A DNA stretch of 64,000 bases from Polyangiaceae bacterium (GTDB lineage: Bacteria; Myxococcota_A; Polyangia; Polyangiales; Polyangiaceae). Below the pieces are notes generated by a model. It worked only from the letters and a program-made list of their open reading frames with translations. It was not told the origin of the DNA and searched no databases. The stretch is from NCBI GenBank assembly GCA_044376115.1, contig JBILLK010000007.1, positions 288,001 to 352,000 of the forward strand. Reading direction: 5' to 3'. Position 1 is the stretch's first letter, and each line of letters starts with the position of its first letter. The translations under genes were made by a program, and so were the position numbers. Shown piece by piece: positions 39,103 through 48,492 of this stretch.

Positions 39103-42089
39103 CGCGCGAGCTCGGCCTCGCGCGCATCGAGCTCGACGAGCTCGATGCGCTGCCACATCGAATCATCCATCAGCGGGCCGGAGGGCCTGCGCCCGAGCCG
39201 CGCCATTTGCCGCTCGTACTCGATGAAGGCGCGAATCAAAAACGGCGGGAAGGCTCGAAACATCAGCCGTGCGCGGACCTTGAGCGGAAATACAGCGGCG
39301 CCCGGGTCGAGCACGTACGTGTAGCGCAGTGGCACCTCCGGCGGCGCCGAGCGGGTATCGATGATCGCGTCCGGCGCCTTGAGTTGGCCGCGCGAAGCGT
39401 CCAGCGAGCCCACCGGAAAATAGGTCTCGAACAGGTTGTGCCGATCATCGAGGTTGGAGCTGCAGACGCCGCTATCGAGATCGTAGTTGCCGTCGGTGAA
39501 GCGGTCTGCGCGGAAGATGCCCTGGCCCGGCCCCGGCTGACACGAGCCGTCGGCGGCGATCACGCCGATGCAGGTCACGCAGCGAAGAAAGCCGTTTTGT
39601 AGGTTGATGAGGCCCTTGCCGCTGAAGCGCGTGCCTCCGAGTTCGGGCGGTGGGGTCCACTCGGGGTTGTCCGGCCCGTTGCGGATGTCGGCGCCAAACA
39701 AGCCGATCGGCCGGCCCTGGCCGTCGAGCAGGTTCGGGTCGGTGTTGATGCGAGCAAAGACCTTGTCGCGCAGATCTTCGTCGTTGCGATCGACGCGACC
39801 GACTTCGTACACCGTACGACCGCGCGCATCTTTGACCTCGAGGTGCACCCAGATCTCGCGCTCTTGGCTGAAACCCGCTGGGGCTCGGTGGCCTGCACCA
39901 ATATTCTCGAGCTCGATCGGAATGACGATCTCGCGGCCGCTCTTGGTTGGCTTTTGCAGTTCGAAGCGGAAGGTGGCGCGCAGCAGTGCGTCGCGACGGG
40001 CCTTGGCCGAGACCGGGATCTGCGCGAGATCATGTGCGGCCTCATCCAATAGATCGCGCGGGTATTCGCGGGAGAGCGGTAAATCCACGCCGCTGAAGAA
40101 GTGCGTCGTGACCGCGGTCTTCTTGCTCGAGCCGAGCGCGATGCGCCCCTCGGGGTAGACGCCGGGTGCGCGCTTTTCAAAGCGAAAGCCGTCGCCACAA
40201 AGTTTGTCGCCCTCGTCGCCAGGCGCTTCGGTGCATACGCCGGGAAACGCCGACATGTGGCAGTCCTGGCAGGTGGCGGCCTCGCGACCTTTACGCTTTT
40301 GTAGCGAGGCCCACTCGGTCCATTCGGTGTAGCCGTTGCGCAGCCGTTTGAAGTTCTCGCCCTTGTTGCGGCCGACGGCGTCGGTGCCGAACAGCCGCAC
40401 GTCGTGGCAGCTGCCGCAGAACTCGCTCGACTTCAGGTACTTGGAGGTGGATTCGTCATGCAGGCGATGCGGGATCTCAACGCCGTCCGCGGAGTTCGGC
40501 CCGCCCTCGCGGCGGCCCAAGAACAGCTCCTCGCTGCGCAGGTCATAACCGCTGTTACCGATGCCGAAGACGCGCCGCCGATCTTCGGGGCGGGCCTCGA
40601 ATACGCGGCCGGTGAGGAAGGAGGTCCAGCTGGGGTTGCCTTGATAGCCGCGGCGGGAAGGGTCCACCGGGCCGTGCGTTTGGTGACAAGAGCCGCAGCC
40701 GATGCCGTCGAGTCCGCCGGGACCGAGCAGATCGCGCACGGGGTGAAGGGAGCGAGCATCGCCGCCGCGACCTTGCCACGCGGGTATTCGGTTCTCTTGG
40801 CTCTCGAGCGGCGCGTGGCAGTTGACGCACCAGTGCTCCCCGCCGGTGCCGGTGGTTTGAAAGCCTGTTTGTTCGTTGCGGCAGGCCGTGCGCGGATCGG
40901 CCTTGCGCAGCGCACCGGCGCCGTTGGGGCAGGCGAAGTCACGACCGAATTGCTCCTGAATCAGCGACTCGAGCGAATTGAAGAGCGGGCTCTTCGCGGC
41001 GTGGCCCATCACGCTGCGGCGCCATTCGTTGGCTTGACGGGCGTGGCACGAGGCGCAGTCGTTGGCGGTGAACTCAGTCGGCTTTAGGTTCGCTTGTTCT
41101 TGGCCGGCCTGCGCGAGCGGCGCGTTCGGCTTGGGCGCAGGCTCGAGTTGCGCCAGGGCCAGTGCGGTCGCGGCGAGCGCCAGCGGCAACGGCCATAGGC
41201 GCTGCCAGCGCTGCCACTTCGCTGCGGGGGCTTGGGGCCTGAGCGGCGGCGCGACTGGTTCGGGCGGAGCGGATCGTTCGCGCGGGACGGGAACGGCGAG
41301 GCCTTGGGCTGCACCCGACGGCTCGCGCTTGCGCGGCGCGATGACGATATCACCGCCGTGCACGAAGCGAGCAAGCGCATCGGCTACGGCCTCTGCGCTG
41401 GCCGGCCGCTCGGCTGGAATTGGTGATAGCAGCTTGAGCGTCAGCGACTGCAGGCCGGGGGGCAGGGCTGCTGCGACGGCCTCGGGGAAGGGGGGGGGAG
41501 CTCCGCGTGCGGCCTCCATCGCGCGGCGCAAACCAGCGCCGCCAAAGGGATGCGAGCCGGTCAACATTTTGTACAAAATCAGCCCCAAGACGTACAAATT
41601 TGCTGACTCGTCGAAGGGCGCGCCATCGGCCTGATCCGGCGGGCAATAGAGCGGCGGTGGGCTCTCGTGCCGTGGCTCGGCGCCGAGCATCCCCCGCACT
41701 TGGCCCTCGCAAGCGAGCTGCGCTCGACCTTCGTGCACCAGCACGTTGTCCGGCGCGAGCGGCCCGGGAAAGCTCGGTTGCGCCAAGGCCTCGGCTACGT
41801 CGAGGGCGAGTCGCAGCGCATGCTCGATCGTTGGGGGCTGCGCCTTTTGCAGCGCGCTCAGCGTGCGGTCGGCGGCGATGCGGGTGAGCCAAACGCCCTC
41901 GTTGTCGCGGCCGATCTCGAGGAAGCCGGCGCGCTTTTGGCGCGCGAGCGCGTGTAGTTTCGAGGCCAGCTCGCTTTGTTCGACGCCGAGACGATAGAGC
42001 CGCTGCCCGCCCTCGATCGGGCTCACGCGTGCGCAGCCGATCGTCTCGTGGGGGCCGATGCTGGCCTTCGCCTCGGCCTGCCGAATCAT
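39099..42089 (-). CDS. Fusion: Ser/Thr pseudokinase / TM / pentaheme cytochrome c (c554-like) periplasmic domain
   Basis: Degenerate kinase motifs GPLAPDN, CEG, YCPPDQ, NLYVLGLILY..LTG..PF and ERP. TM segment PLPLALAATALALA. Heme motifs CASCH, CVNCH, CGSCH, CGSCH and CQDCH. Confidence 0.85.
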   Translation of the reverse strand: MIRQAEAKASIGPHETIGCARVSPIEGGQRLYRLGVEQSELASKLHALARQKRAGFLEIGRDNEGVWLTRIAADRTLSALQKAQPPTIEHALRLALDVAEALAQPSFPGPLAPDNVLVHEGRAQLACEGQVRGMLGAEPRHESPPPLYCPPDQADGAPFDESANLYVLGLILYKMLTGSHPFGGAGLRRAMEAARGAPPPFPEAVAAALPPGLQSLTLKLLSPIPAERPASAEAVADALARFVHGGDIVIAPRKREPSGAAQGLAVPVPRERSAPPEPVAPPLRPQAPAAKWQRWQRLWPLPLALAATALALAQLEPAPKPNAPLAQAGQEQANLKPTEFTANDCASCHARQANEWRRSVMGHAAKSPLFNSLESLIQEQFGRDFACPNGAGALRKADPRTACRNEQTGFQTTGTGGEHWCVNCHAPLESQENRIPAWQGRGGDARSLHPVRDLLGPGGLDGIGCGSCHQTHGPVDPSRRGYQGNPSWTSFLTGRVFEARPEDRRRVFGIGNSGYDLRSEELFLGRREGGPNSADGVEIPHRLHDESTSKYLKSSEFCGSCHDVRLFGTDAVGRNKGENFKRLRNGYTEWTEWASLQKRKGREAATCQDCHMSAFPGVCTEAPGDEGDKLCGDGFRFEKRAPGVYPEGRIALGSSKKTAVTTHFFSGVDLPLSREYPRDLLDEAAHDLAQIPVSAKARRDALLRATFRFELQKPTKSGREIVIPIELENIGAGHRAPAGFSQEREIWVHLEVKDARGRTVYEVGRVDRNDEDLRDKVFARINTDPNLLDGQGRPIGLFGADIRNGPDNPEWTPPPELGGTRFSGKGLINLQNGFLRCVTCIGVIAADGSCQPGPGQGIFRADRFTDGNYDLDSGVCSSNLDDRHNLFETYFPVGSLDASRGQLKAPDAIIDTRSAPPEVPLRYTYVLDPGAAVFPLKVRARLMFRAFPPFLIRAFIEYERQMARLGRRPSGPLMDDSMWQRIELVELDAREAELAR

Positions 42090-43372
42090 CGGCCCTTGAT
42101 CGGCTTGGCAGAACGCTCTGCGGAGAGCGCGGGGCTCGGCGCTTTGGCTTTGCTGACGCTAGCGCGAACAGCGTAGGCGACCGCGCCGGAGAGCAGCGAA
42201 AGTACGACGATGATGGCGATCGCGAGGCCGCGTGGGATCTCGCGCGGCTTCTCTTTGTGATCCAAGAGCGCGATGGTGTCGGCGCGTGGGGCTTTGGGCG
42301 GAGCGGGCGCTGCAACTTCGCTCGGGGGCGCTCCCGAGCGCACCGCGCTACCAGCGTCTGCGCGATAGGGGGCCGCATCTGCGCTACGCGGCGAGGAGAC
42401 CGGCCTTTCTGCGGCTCGCGGCGAAGAGACAGGCCGTTCGCCGTCTTGTGATGCGGCGGCGCCCAGCGAGAGGCGAGGGGATACCATGGTTGCGCGGCTG
42501 CGTTCGCGCCCACGCGGGCTCTGCGGGCTGCTCTTCGTCGTCCCCAAGGATGACCCGCCCGAGGGAATGAAGGGCTCGAGCTCCTGGACGATATCGAGCG
42601 CCAGATACGGGCGATCTTCCGGCGCCTTTTCGAGTAGACGGAAGAGCAGGCTTTCCACTCCCTGCGGCAAACCCGCGCGCACCTCGGGCGAGAGCGCGGG
42701 CGGCTCGGCCGTGCACTGAAGGTTGAGCAGCTGACGCGGCGAACTCGAAACGAAGGGCGGGCGGCCTTCGAGCAGCTCATACAGGATGAGCCCCAGACAA
42801 TAGAGGTCGGAGCGATGATCGATGGTGGTGGCATCGATCTGCTCGGGGCTCATGTACTGCAGCGTGCCCACGCTCTGCGTGTTGGTCTGGTTCATCGCCT
42901 CGATCACTTTCGCGATGCCGAAGTCCATCACCTTGATGGTGCCGTCGCTGGTGACCATGATGTTCTCCGGCTTGAGGTCCCGATGAATCACCGGCGGCTG
43001 CTGGCCATGGGCCGCTGCCAAAGCGTCTGCGGTGGCGGCGATCACTGCGACGGCGTCGGTCCAGCTGAGCCGGCCGCGGTCCGAGATGACGCCGCGCAGC
43101 GTTTTGCCGTCGAGGTACTCGAGCACCATCACCAGCTCGCCGCCGACCTCCAGGCTCGACAGGCTGCGCACGATGTTGGGGTGCTCCACACGCGCGAGGA
43201 TCTGCATCTCGTTCAGGAACAGCCGGCGCGCCTGCTCGCTCTTCGAAAGCTCCGAGTGCAGCACCTTGAGGGCCACACGACGCTTGCTGAGCCGCTCCTC
43301 CCCCTCGTAAACCTTCCCCATTCCGCCTTCGCCAATCAGGCGGCGAACGAGGTAGTCACCCATTTGCTCCAT
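42086..43372 (-). CDS. Hanks-type Ser/Thr protein kinase with a C-terminal membrane anchor (alternative GTG start at 43429)
   Basis: GEGGMGKV, VALK, HRDLKPEN, DFG, YMSPEQ and DLYCLG. TM GLAIAIIVVLSLLSGAVAYAV. Confidence 0.93.
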   Translation of the reverse strand: MEQMGDYLVRRLIGEGGMGKVYEGEERLSKRRVALKVLHSELSKSEQARRLFLNEMQILARVEHPNIVRSLSSLEVGGELVMVLEYLDGKTLRGVISDRGRLSWTDAVAVIAATADALAAAHGQQPPVIHRDLKPENIMVTSDGTIKVMDFGIAKVIEAMNQTNTQSVGTLQYMSPEQIDATTIDHRSDLYCLGLILYELLEGRPPFVSSSPRQLLNLQCTAEPPALSPEVRAGLPQGVESLLFRLLEKAPEDRPYLALDIVQELEPFIPSGGSSLGTTKSSPQSPRGRERSRATMVSPRLSLGAAASQDGERPVSSPRAAERPVSSPRSADAAPYRADAGSAVRSGAPPSEVAAPAPPKAPRADTIALLDHKEKPREIPRGLAIAIIVVLSLLSGAVAYAVRASVSKAKAPSPALSAERSAKPIKGR

Positions 43373-43540
43373 GCTCTCGGTGTCCTCTTCCAGAGCTAGG
43401 GCAAGGTCTGCGGTGAGCGAGATAGCCACGGGTACGAGCGAGTAGCCGTCAGCTCAGCATTCGTGACGAAGTTTCTTGGTCGCCTCACAAATCCCCTTTG
43501 GCTCAGCCTGGTTGGACCAGGCGGCTGTGCGAATGCTTGG

Positions 43541-44080
43541 CTATTGCCGCACACAACGCAACATCTCTCCAGTCAGGCTGGCCGCCCCCTTGGGGCAGCT
43601 GACGGCAAGGGCGGTTTTTCCGTCGGATTCTTCGTGCGGCAGGAGCCAGTAGTGACAAGCGCTGCTGCCCTCGATCTGGAAACTGGAGGTACGTACGTTC
43701 CAGATCTTGGTCGCCTGGCCGTCCACCACCAGCTGCTGCGGGTTGCTCGAGTCCTTGGACTCTGCGGCTGGGCCCTTGAAATCGAGCTTGAAGAGCCCGC
43801 AGTTCCAGGGACCGCGCAGCTCGTCGAGCGAGCGTGTTTCGTTCTTGTGGAGCTCGCAGTAGCGCGCCTGCGAGAAGCTGCTTTCGCCTTTGGCGAGGTT
43901 GCTTAGCTTTTCGCATTGGCCGCTCTCCGAAAGCTCGTTCTTCGCGGCGAACTTGGCGTGCTCGCAGGCTGGGCTCTCGGGGCCGCAGCTCTCGCAACGG
44001 AACTGCCAGTAGCTGGGACAAGGCGGATCACAAGCGAGCAGCGGCAAGGTAAGCAGCGCGGCTAGGGCAAAACGCACCAC
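43541..44080 (-). CDS. Cys-rich putative lipoprotein
   Basis: Lipobox LLAC and about 10 further Cys. Confidence 0.65.
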   Translation of the reverse strand: MVRFALAALLTLPLLACDPPCPSYWQFRCESCGPESPACEHAKFAAKNELSESGQCEKLSNLAKGESSFSQARYCELHKNETRSLDELRGPWNCGLFKLDFKGPAAESKDSSNPQQLVVDGQATKIWNVRTSSFQIEGSSACHYWLLPHEESDGKTALAVSCPKGAASLTGEMLRCVRQ

Positions 44081-44170
44081 CTCCTGGTATCACAGGCTCG
44101 GCTAGGTCGTTGGATTGCGCGCACACGGGCACGCCTTTTCACCGCGCCGATACCTGCGGTAGCGTGGCGC

Positions 44171-44941
44171 GTGACCGCGAGCGCCACCAAAGAAAAACGC
44201 CGCATAGCGCGCTGGGACCCGAGTCTTTTCGAGCGCCATTCGCTGTTTGCGCCTCTGCTTCCGTTCGCTTCGCGCTTCGCGGCGTGTGCTGAGTTCCCTT
44301 GCGTCGCCACCATCGACCGGGAGCTCAGCGCGTCCGCCGGGGTGAACTTCGTGGCGCAGCCTCCGCTCACGCGCAAAGAGCGTCGGATGGCAATTCCGTA
44401 CGACCAGGCCATTCTCGCAGGCACGGTTCCAACGCGTGAGGGCTCGTGGCACGACTTCATGAACGCCCTCGTATGGGCCGCCTTCCCCAAGGCCAAGCTC
44501 GCCGTCCATGCTTTGCAAAGCCGATTGATTGAGCAGGCCAGCGCCGCGGGCATCGTCGGTCGGCGCACGCCTGCGCACGACGCCGTGGCGGTGCTCGATG
44601 AGGGCGGCGTGCTGCTCTTGCACGGCGAACAGGCGCCCTCGGCCTCCGCCGCCGAGACGATCGCTGCGCTCACCACGTGGGCCACGAGCGAGTCCGCCGC
44701 GGAGCCTCCTCTTCCACTCACCGCGATGGTGTTCGGGCATGGCGTCTTCGAGTCGGTGGCGATCGAAGGGCCTTGGCCGCTCGTGCGAGCGGCGCTGCTG
44801 AGCGTCTCGGCTCAACAATCGGTAGACCAGCGGCTGGCCGAGTGGCTCATGAGCGCTGACGCGCCAACTGGGCCAAAGAGCTTGTTGCCCGTATCTCCTG
44901 GTCGGCTCGCTCGGCTGCTCGGGGGGCTCACCCGTGTTTGA
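44171..44941 (+). CDS. DUF3025-family protein
   Basis: VPTREGSWHDFMNALVWAAFPKAK, DEGG and VFGH. Confidence 0.75.
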   Translation: MTASATKEKRRIARWDPSLFERHSLFAPLLPFASRFAACAEFPCVATIDRELSASAGVNFVAQPPLTRKERRMAIPYDQAILAGTVPTREGSWHDFMNALVWAAFPKAKLAVHALQSRLIEQASAAGIVGRRTPAHDAVAVLDEGGVLLLHGEQAPSASAAETIAALTTWATSESAAEPPLPLTAMVFGHGVFESVAIEGPWPLVRAALLSVSAQQSVDQRLAEWLMSADAPTGPKSLLPVSPGRLARLLGGLTRV

Positions 44942-44992
44942 CGCCCTGTGAAGTACGCGTCTCTGATCGAACCCTGCTAGCTTCACGCCTCT

Positions 44993-45724
44993 ATGCGCGA
45001 ACTTCCACGCGTCGGCTTGAGCGTCATCGCCCCGTGTTTCAACGAGGAAGCCAACGTGGCGACGCTCGCGCGCCGCTCCCTGGCAGCGTTTAAGGCTCTG
45101 CCCGTACCAGCAGAGTTACTGCTGATTGACGATGGTTCTCGTGACGGGACCTGGTCGGCGATCGAACGTGTGACCGCGCAAGAGCCCGCTGTGCGTGGGG
45201 CTCGGCACGCGGTCAATCGCGGGATCGTCGGCGGTTGGAAGACTGGACTCGAGCTTGCTCGATACGACCTGGTTTGCCTGATTGATTCGGATCTGCAGAA
45301 TCGGCCCGAGGATATCCCGCGCTTGATGCAGGCCTGGACCGAGCACGATACCGACCTCGTGCAAGGCGTGCGCAACCCACAGCCAGGCGAGGTCCGCACG
45401 GTGTTCTCCAGGGCGCTCAACCTACTCCTCAATGCGTCCTTCGGGATGAACCTGGCGGACAACAAGAGTGGTTTCATTCTCACCCGCCGCGCGACGCTCG
45501 CAGCGCTGCTCGAGGATGCTCAGGGCTACCGCTACTTCCAGAGTCTGATCGGCGTCGCGGCTGGCGTTCGTGCCCTCCGCTTTCACGAGGTGCAGACCCA
45601 GTTCGAGCTGCGCCAGGCCGGTACTTCGTTTCTCGGTCGGTATCCGCTGGTGGTCTCTGCGAGGGTGCTCACGGAGGTTCTACGCTACAGGATCCACACT
45701 CTCCAAAAGCGCTCGTCACTGTAG
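44993..45724 (+). CDS. Glycosyltransferase family 2 (DPM/polyprenol-like)
   Basis: IAPCFNEE, IDDGSRDGT, NRG, IDSDLQ and DNKSGF. Confidence 0.9.
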   Translation: MRELPRVGLSVIAPCFNEEANVATLARRSLAAFKALPVPAELLLIDDGSRDGTWSAIERVTAQEPAVRGARHAVNRGIVGGWKTGLELARYDLVCLIDSDLQNRPEDIPRLMQAWTEHDTDLVQGVRNPQPGEVRTVFSRALNLLLNASFGMNLADNKSGFILTRRATLAALLEDAQGYRYFQSLIGVAAGVRALRFHEVQTQFELRQAGTSFLGRYPLVVSARVLTEVLRYRIHTLQKRSSL

Positions 45725-45725
45725 G

Positions 45726-46781
45726 ATGACGCCCATGGACCGAGCCGATCTCGAACTTCTCGTGGACCCCGAAACGTCCGCTCCACTCACGCTTGAGCCG
45801 CTGAGCGCGGATGCCGGTTTGGTGATGGAGGGCACCTTGGCCTCGGGCTCCGGCCAGCGGTTCGAGGTGCGCGAGGGCATACCCAGCTTCGTTGCCAAGG
45901 AGACGATGGATGAGCAAACCGTGCGCTCTTTCGACGAAAAGTGGGAGAAGCACAAGACCTATCGCGAGGAGACCCGCGCGTTTTACACCGAGTGGTATTT
46001 GGCGCGCTTTGGCTTCGGTGATCGCGCTGGGCTCAGCCGTTTTCTGGAGGACAAGAAGCTCATCCTGGACGCTGGCACCGGCGCGGGCCGCGACGCTGCG
46101 AACTTTGTCGAGCTAGCCCCGCAAAGCCGTGTCTTCGGCATCGATACAGCCTGGCACGCGCTTGTTACCAGCGCACGCAACGCACGCCAGCAGGCCGACA
46201 CAAGACCTCAAGCTCGGCTCGTCCATGCCGACATCCATCGCTTGCCCTTTGCCGACGGTACGTTCGACTTCATCAACTGTGATCAGGTGATCCACCACAC
46301 GCCTGAACCACGGGTTGCCTTCGAGGCGTTGGCGAGGAAGCTCCGCGTCGGTGGCGAAATCGCTGTCTACGTCTACCGTAAGAAGTCGGTCATTCGAGAG
46401 TTCACCGACGACTACGTGCGTGAGCGCATCAAGCATGGCTCGTTCGAAGAAGCGCTGGCCGTCACCTCGGCAATCACGAAGCTCGGAAAGGCTTTCGCTG
46501 AGCTGAATCAGCGTGTTCGAATCGAGGAAGACCTAACTGTGCTGGGTATCGAGAAGGGGGAGTACGACGTGCAGCGTTTTCTCCATTGGCACGTGCTCAA
46601 GTGCTTCTGGAACCCATCGTTCGACTTCTTTACCAACAATGTCGTGAACGCCGACTGGTATCACCCTGTGCACTGTCATCGCTTCACCCCTGAAGAGTTC
46701 CGCACGTGGTTCGAAGCGTGGGAGATTCAGGCGTGGGATGAGCAAGAGGCGGGCATCTCCTGTCGCGCGAGGAAGCGCTAA
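45726..46781 (+). CDS. SAM-dependent methyltransferase with an N-terminal Trm112-like segment
   Basis: LVDP...F.VREGIP N-terminus, ILDAGTGAG, ADIHRLPF and VIHHTP. Confidence 0.85.
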   Translation: MTPMDRADLELLVDPETSAPLTLEPLSADAGLVMEGTLASGSGQRFEVREGIPSFVAKETMDEQTVRSFDEKWEKHKTYREETRAFYTEWYLARFGFGDRAGLSRFLEDKKLILDAGTGAGRDAANFVELAPQSRVFGIDTAWHALVTSARNARQQADTRPQARLVHADIHRLPFADGTFDFINCDQVIHHTPEPRVAFEALARKLRVGGEIAVYVYRKKSVIREFTDDYVRERIKHGSFEEALAVTSAITKLGKAFAELNQRVRIEEDLTVLGIEKGEYDVQRFLHWHVLKCFWNPSFDFFTNNVVNADWYHPVHCHRFTPEEFRTWFEAWEIQAWDEQEAGISCRARKR

Positions 46782-48427
46782 TGTGTGGCTTCGTCGGCGG
46801 GGTAGACACGCGCATGAGCCTCGCCAATCTGCAGCGGCTCACCCACCGCGGGCCGGACCAGATTGACTTTACGACCCGCGTTTGTGGCGGGCGCCAACTA
46901 ACCCTCGGTCAGGTGCGCCTGTCGATCGTCGACCGTCGCGATATCCCTTTGCCGATTTCGGTAACGCGTGGAGATCGCTCGGCCACGATCTTGTTCAACG
47001 GGGAGATCTACAACTGGCGCGAGCTTCGTGCCGAGCTCGAGCAAGAGGGCTTCTGCTTTCAGACCGAGACCGACACCGAGGTCGCGCTGGCTGCCTACTT
47101 CGCTTGGGGAGAGGCCTGCCTCAACCGCTTCAACGGTATGTTCGCCTTCGCGATCTGGGACGGGCAACGCTTCTTCTGCGCACGCGATCGTCTTGGCAAG
47201 AAGCCTTTCTTCTACCGATCTATCGGTGGGCGTTTCGAGTTCGCCAGTGAGATAAAGGCGTTCTCCGATTTGGTCTTCGAGGGCAACGAGGTGTTCGACC
47301 TGTTCGAGTTCTGCCCGGACGAGCACACACTCTTTCGGGGGATCTTCAGTCTTCCTCCGGGGCACCTTCTGGTGTTCGAGCCGGGGCGCGACACTCTCGA
47401 GCGTCGGGCCTACTGGAATCTCCCGATCTCGATGGGGCAACGACTCAGCGATCCGGAAGAGGCCGTGGACCGATTTGTGGAGCTTCTAAGCGACAGCGTG
47501 AGGTTGCGCATGCGTGCGGACGTTCCGGTGACCGCCTTTCTCTCCGGCGGCCTGGACTCCACGTTGATCGCGGTGTTGGGCAACGTAAAGTCGGCCTTCA
47601 CCTGTCAGTTCGATGAGTTCAAAACGACCATCGACGAGGAGCTGTACGCTCGTGATTTCGCCGACCGGATGGGCATCGAGCTCACGGTGGTTCGTCCCAC
47701 CCGTGCGCAGTTCATGGAGGACCTGCCCAAGCTAGCTTGGCATCTGGAGCAACCAACGGGGTCGTTCAGCGTCTTTCCACTCTATCGGCTGGCCAAGGCT
47801 GCCCGTGAGGCGGGCTTCGTCGTGACCCTCTCGGGCGAGGGCTCCGACGAGTTGTTTGGGGGCTATGTCCGTAATGAACTCTTGGCGCGCAAGGCGCTCG
47901 ACGAGTCGGACCCGAAGGTTGCGAGCTATCGCTCGATGTTGGAACGCTTCGAGGGCTCTCCGCTGGACCGATTCTGTCGCATGGCTTCGCGTACCGGACT
48001 TTCAGGGGCGGCCCTGATGAAGGGCTACTTGATGCAACACTGGAGCGGTCACAAGTCGGCGATCGAAAATGTCGCGACGATCGAAACTCGACTGTTCTTG
48101 CAACCTCTCTTACAGATGGCGGATCGCATGACGATGGCGGTCTCGCTCGAGGCCCGCAATCCGTTCCTCGACTACCGCTTGGTCGAGTTTGCCTTCACGC
48201 TGGACGACTCGCTGCGCATCAACGAAGGTCGCGGTAAGTGGATCGTGCGCAAGGCCGCCGAGCGGCTATTGCCCAAGGGGGCGCTCGCGCTCGAGCGCAA
48301 GGTCAAGCACGGCTTGCCCACGCCGATCAACGAGTGGCTGCAAGGGCGACCCAGCTTCGATCGTAAAGTGTGGAACTCGTTTCTTACGGCCGAGTGCATG
48401 AAGAGCCTGCTCGGGAGTGTCTCGTGA
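46781..48427 (+). CDS. asnB: Asparagine synthase (glutamine-hydrolysing)-like amidotransferase
   Basis: MCGF (Ntn Cys), HRGPD, NGEIYN, DTEV, FLSGGLDS, GEGSDELFGGY and EARNPFLD. TAATG coupling with the methyltransferase. Confidence 0.9.
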   Translation: MCGFVGGVDTRMSLANLQRLTHRGPDQIDFTTRVCGGRQLTLGQVRLSIVDRRDIPLPISVTRGDRSATILFNGEIYNWRELRAELEQEGFCFQTETDTEVALAAYFAWGEACLNRFNGMFAFAIWDGQRFFCARDRLGKKPFFYRSIGGRFEFASEIKAFSDLVFEGNEVFDLFEFCPDEHTLFRGIFSLPPGHLLVFEPGRDTLERRAYWNLPISMGQRLSDPEEAVDRFVELLSDSVRLRMRADVPVTAFLSGGLDSTLIAVLGNVKSAFTCQFDEFKTTIDEELYARDFADRMGIELTVVRPTRAQFMEDLPKLAWHLEQPTGSFSVFPLYRLAKAAREAGFVVTLSGEGSDELFGGYVRNELLARKALDESDPKVASYRSMLERFEGSPLDRFCRMASRTGLSGAALMKGYLMQHWSGHKSAIENVATIETRLFLQPLLQMADRMTMAVSLEARNPFLDYRLVEFAFTLDDSLRINEGRGKWIVRKAAERLLPKGALALERKVKHGLPTPINEWLQGRPSFDRKVWNSFLTAECMKSLLGSVS

Positions 48428-48492
48428 CAGCTCCTTCATCGAAGGGTGCTTCGTGTGTTGGCCGAGATCGCACGGCGCGCCGGTGCTGTTTC

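Noticed and set aside
42380..42440. Duplicated ERPVSSPR peptide in the kinase linker
   Set aside because: A short local duplication in a disordered linker. It may hold phosphosites but is not notable alone.
34575..42834. Long Arg/Ala-rich alternative-frame ORFs (34575..36035, 35306..36565, 38017..39324, 41350..42834)
   Set aside because: Frame-shifted or antisense shadows of the redox operon genes, with the composition typical of off-frame GC-rich sequence.
46781..48427. AsnB-like protein considered as a lasso-peptide cyclase
   Set aside because: It keeps the N-terminal Ntn Cys glutaminase domain, there is no B-protein, RRE or precursor nearby, and the neighbours are sugar-modifying enzymes.
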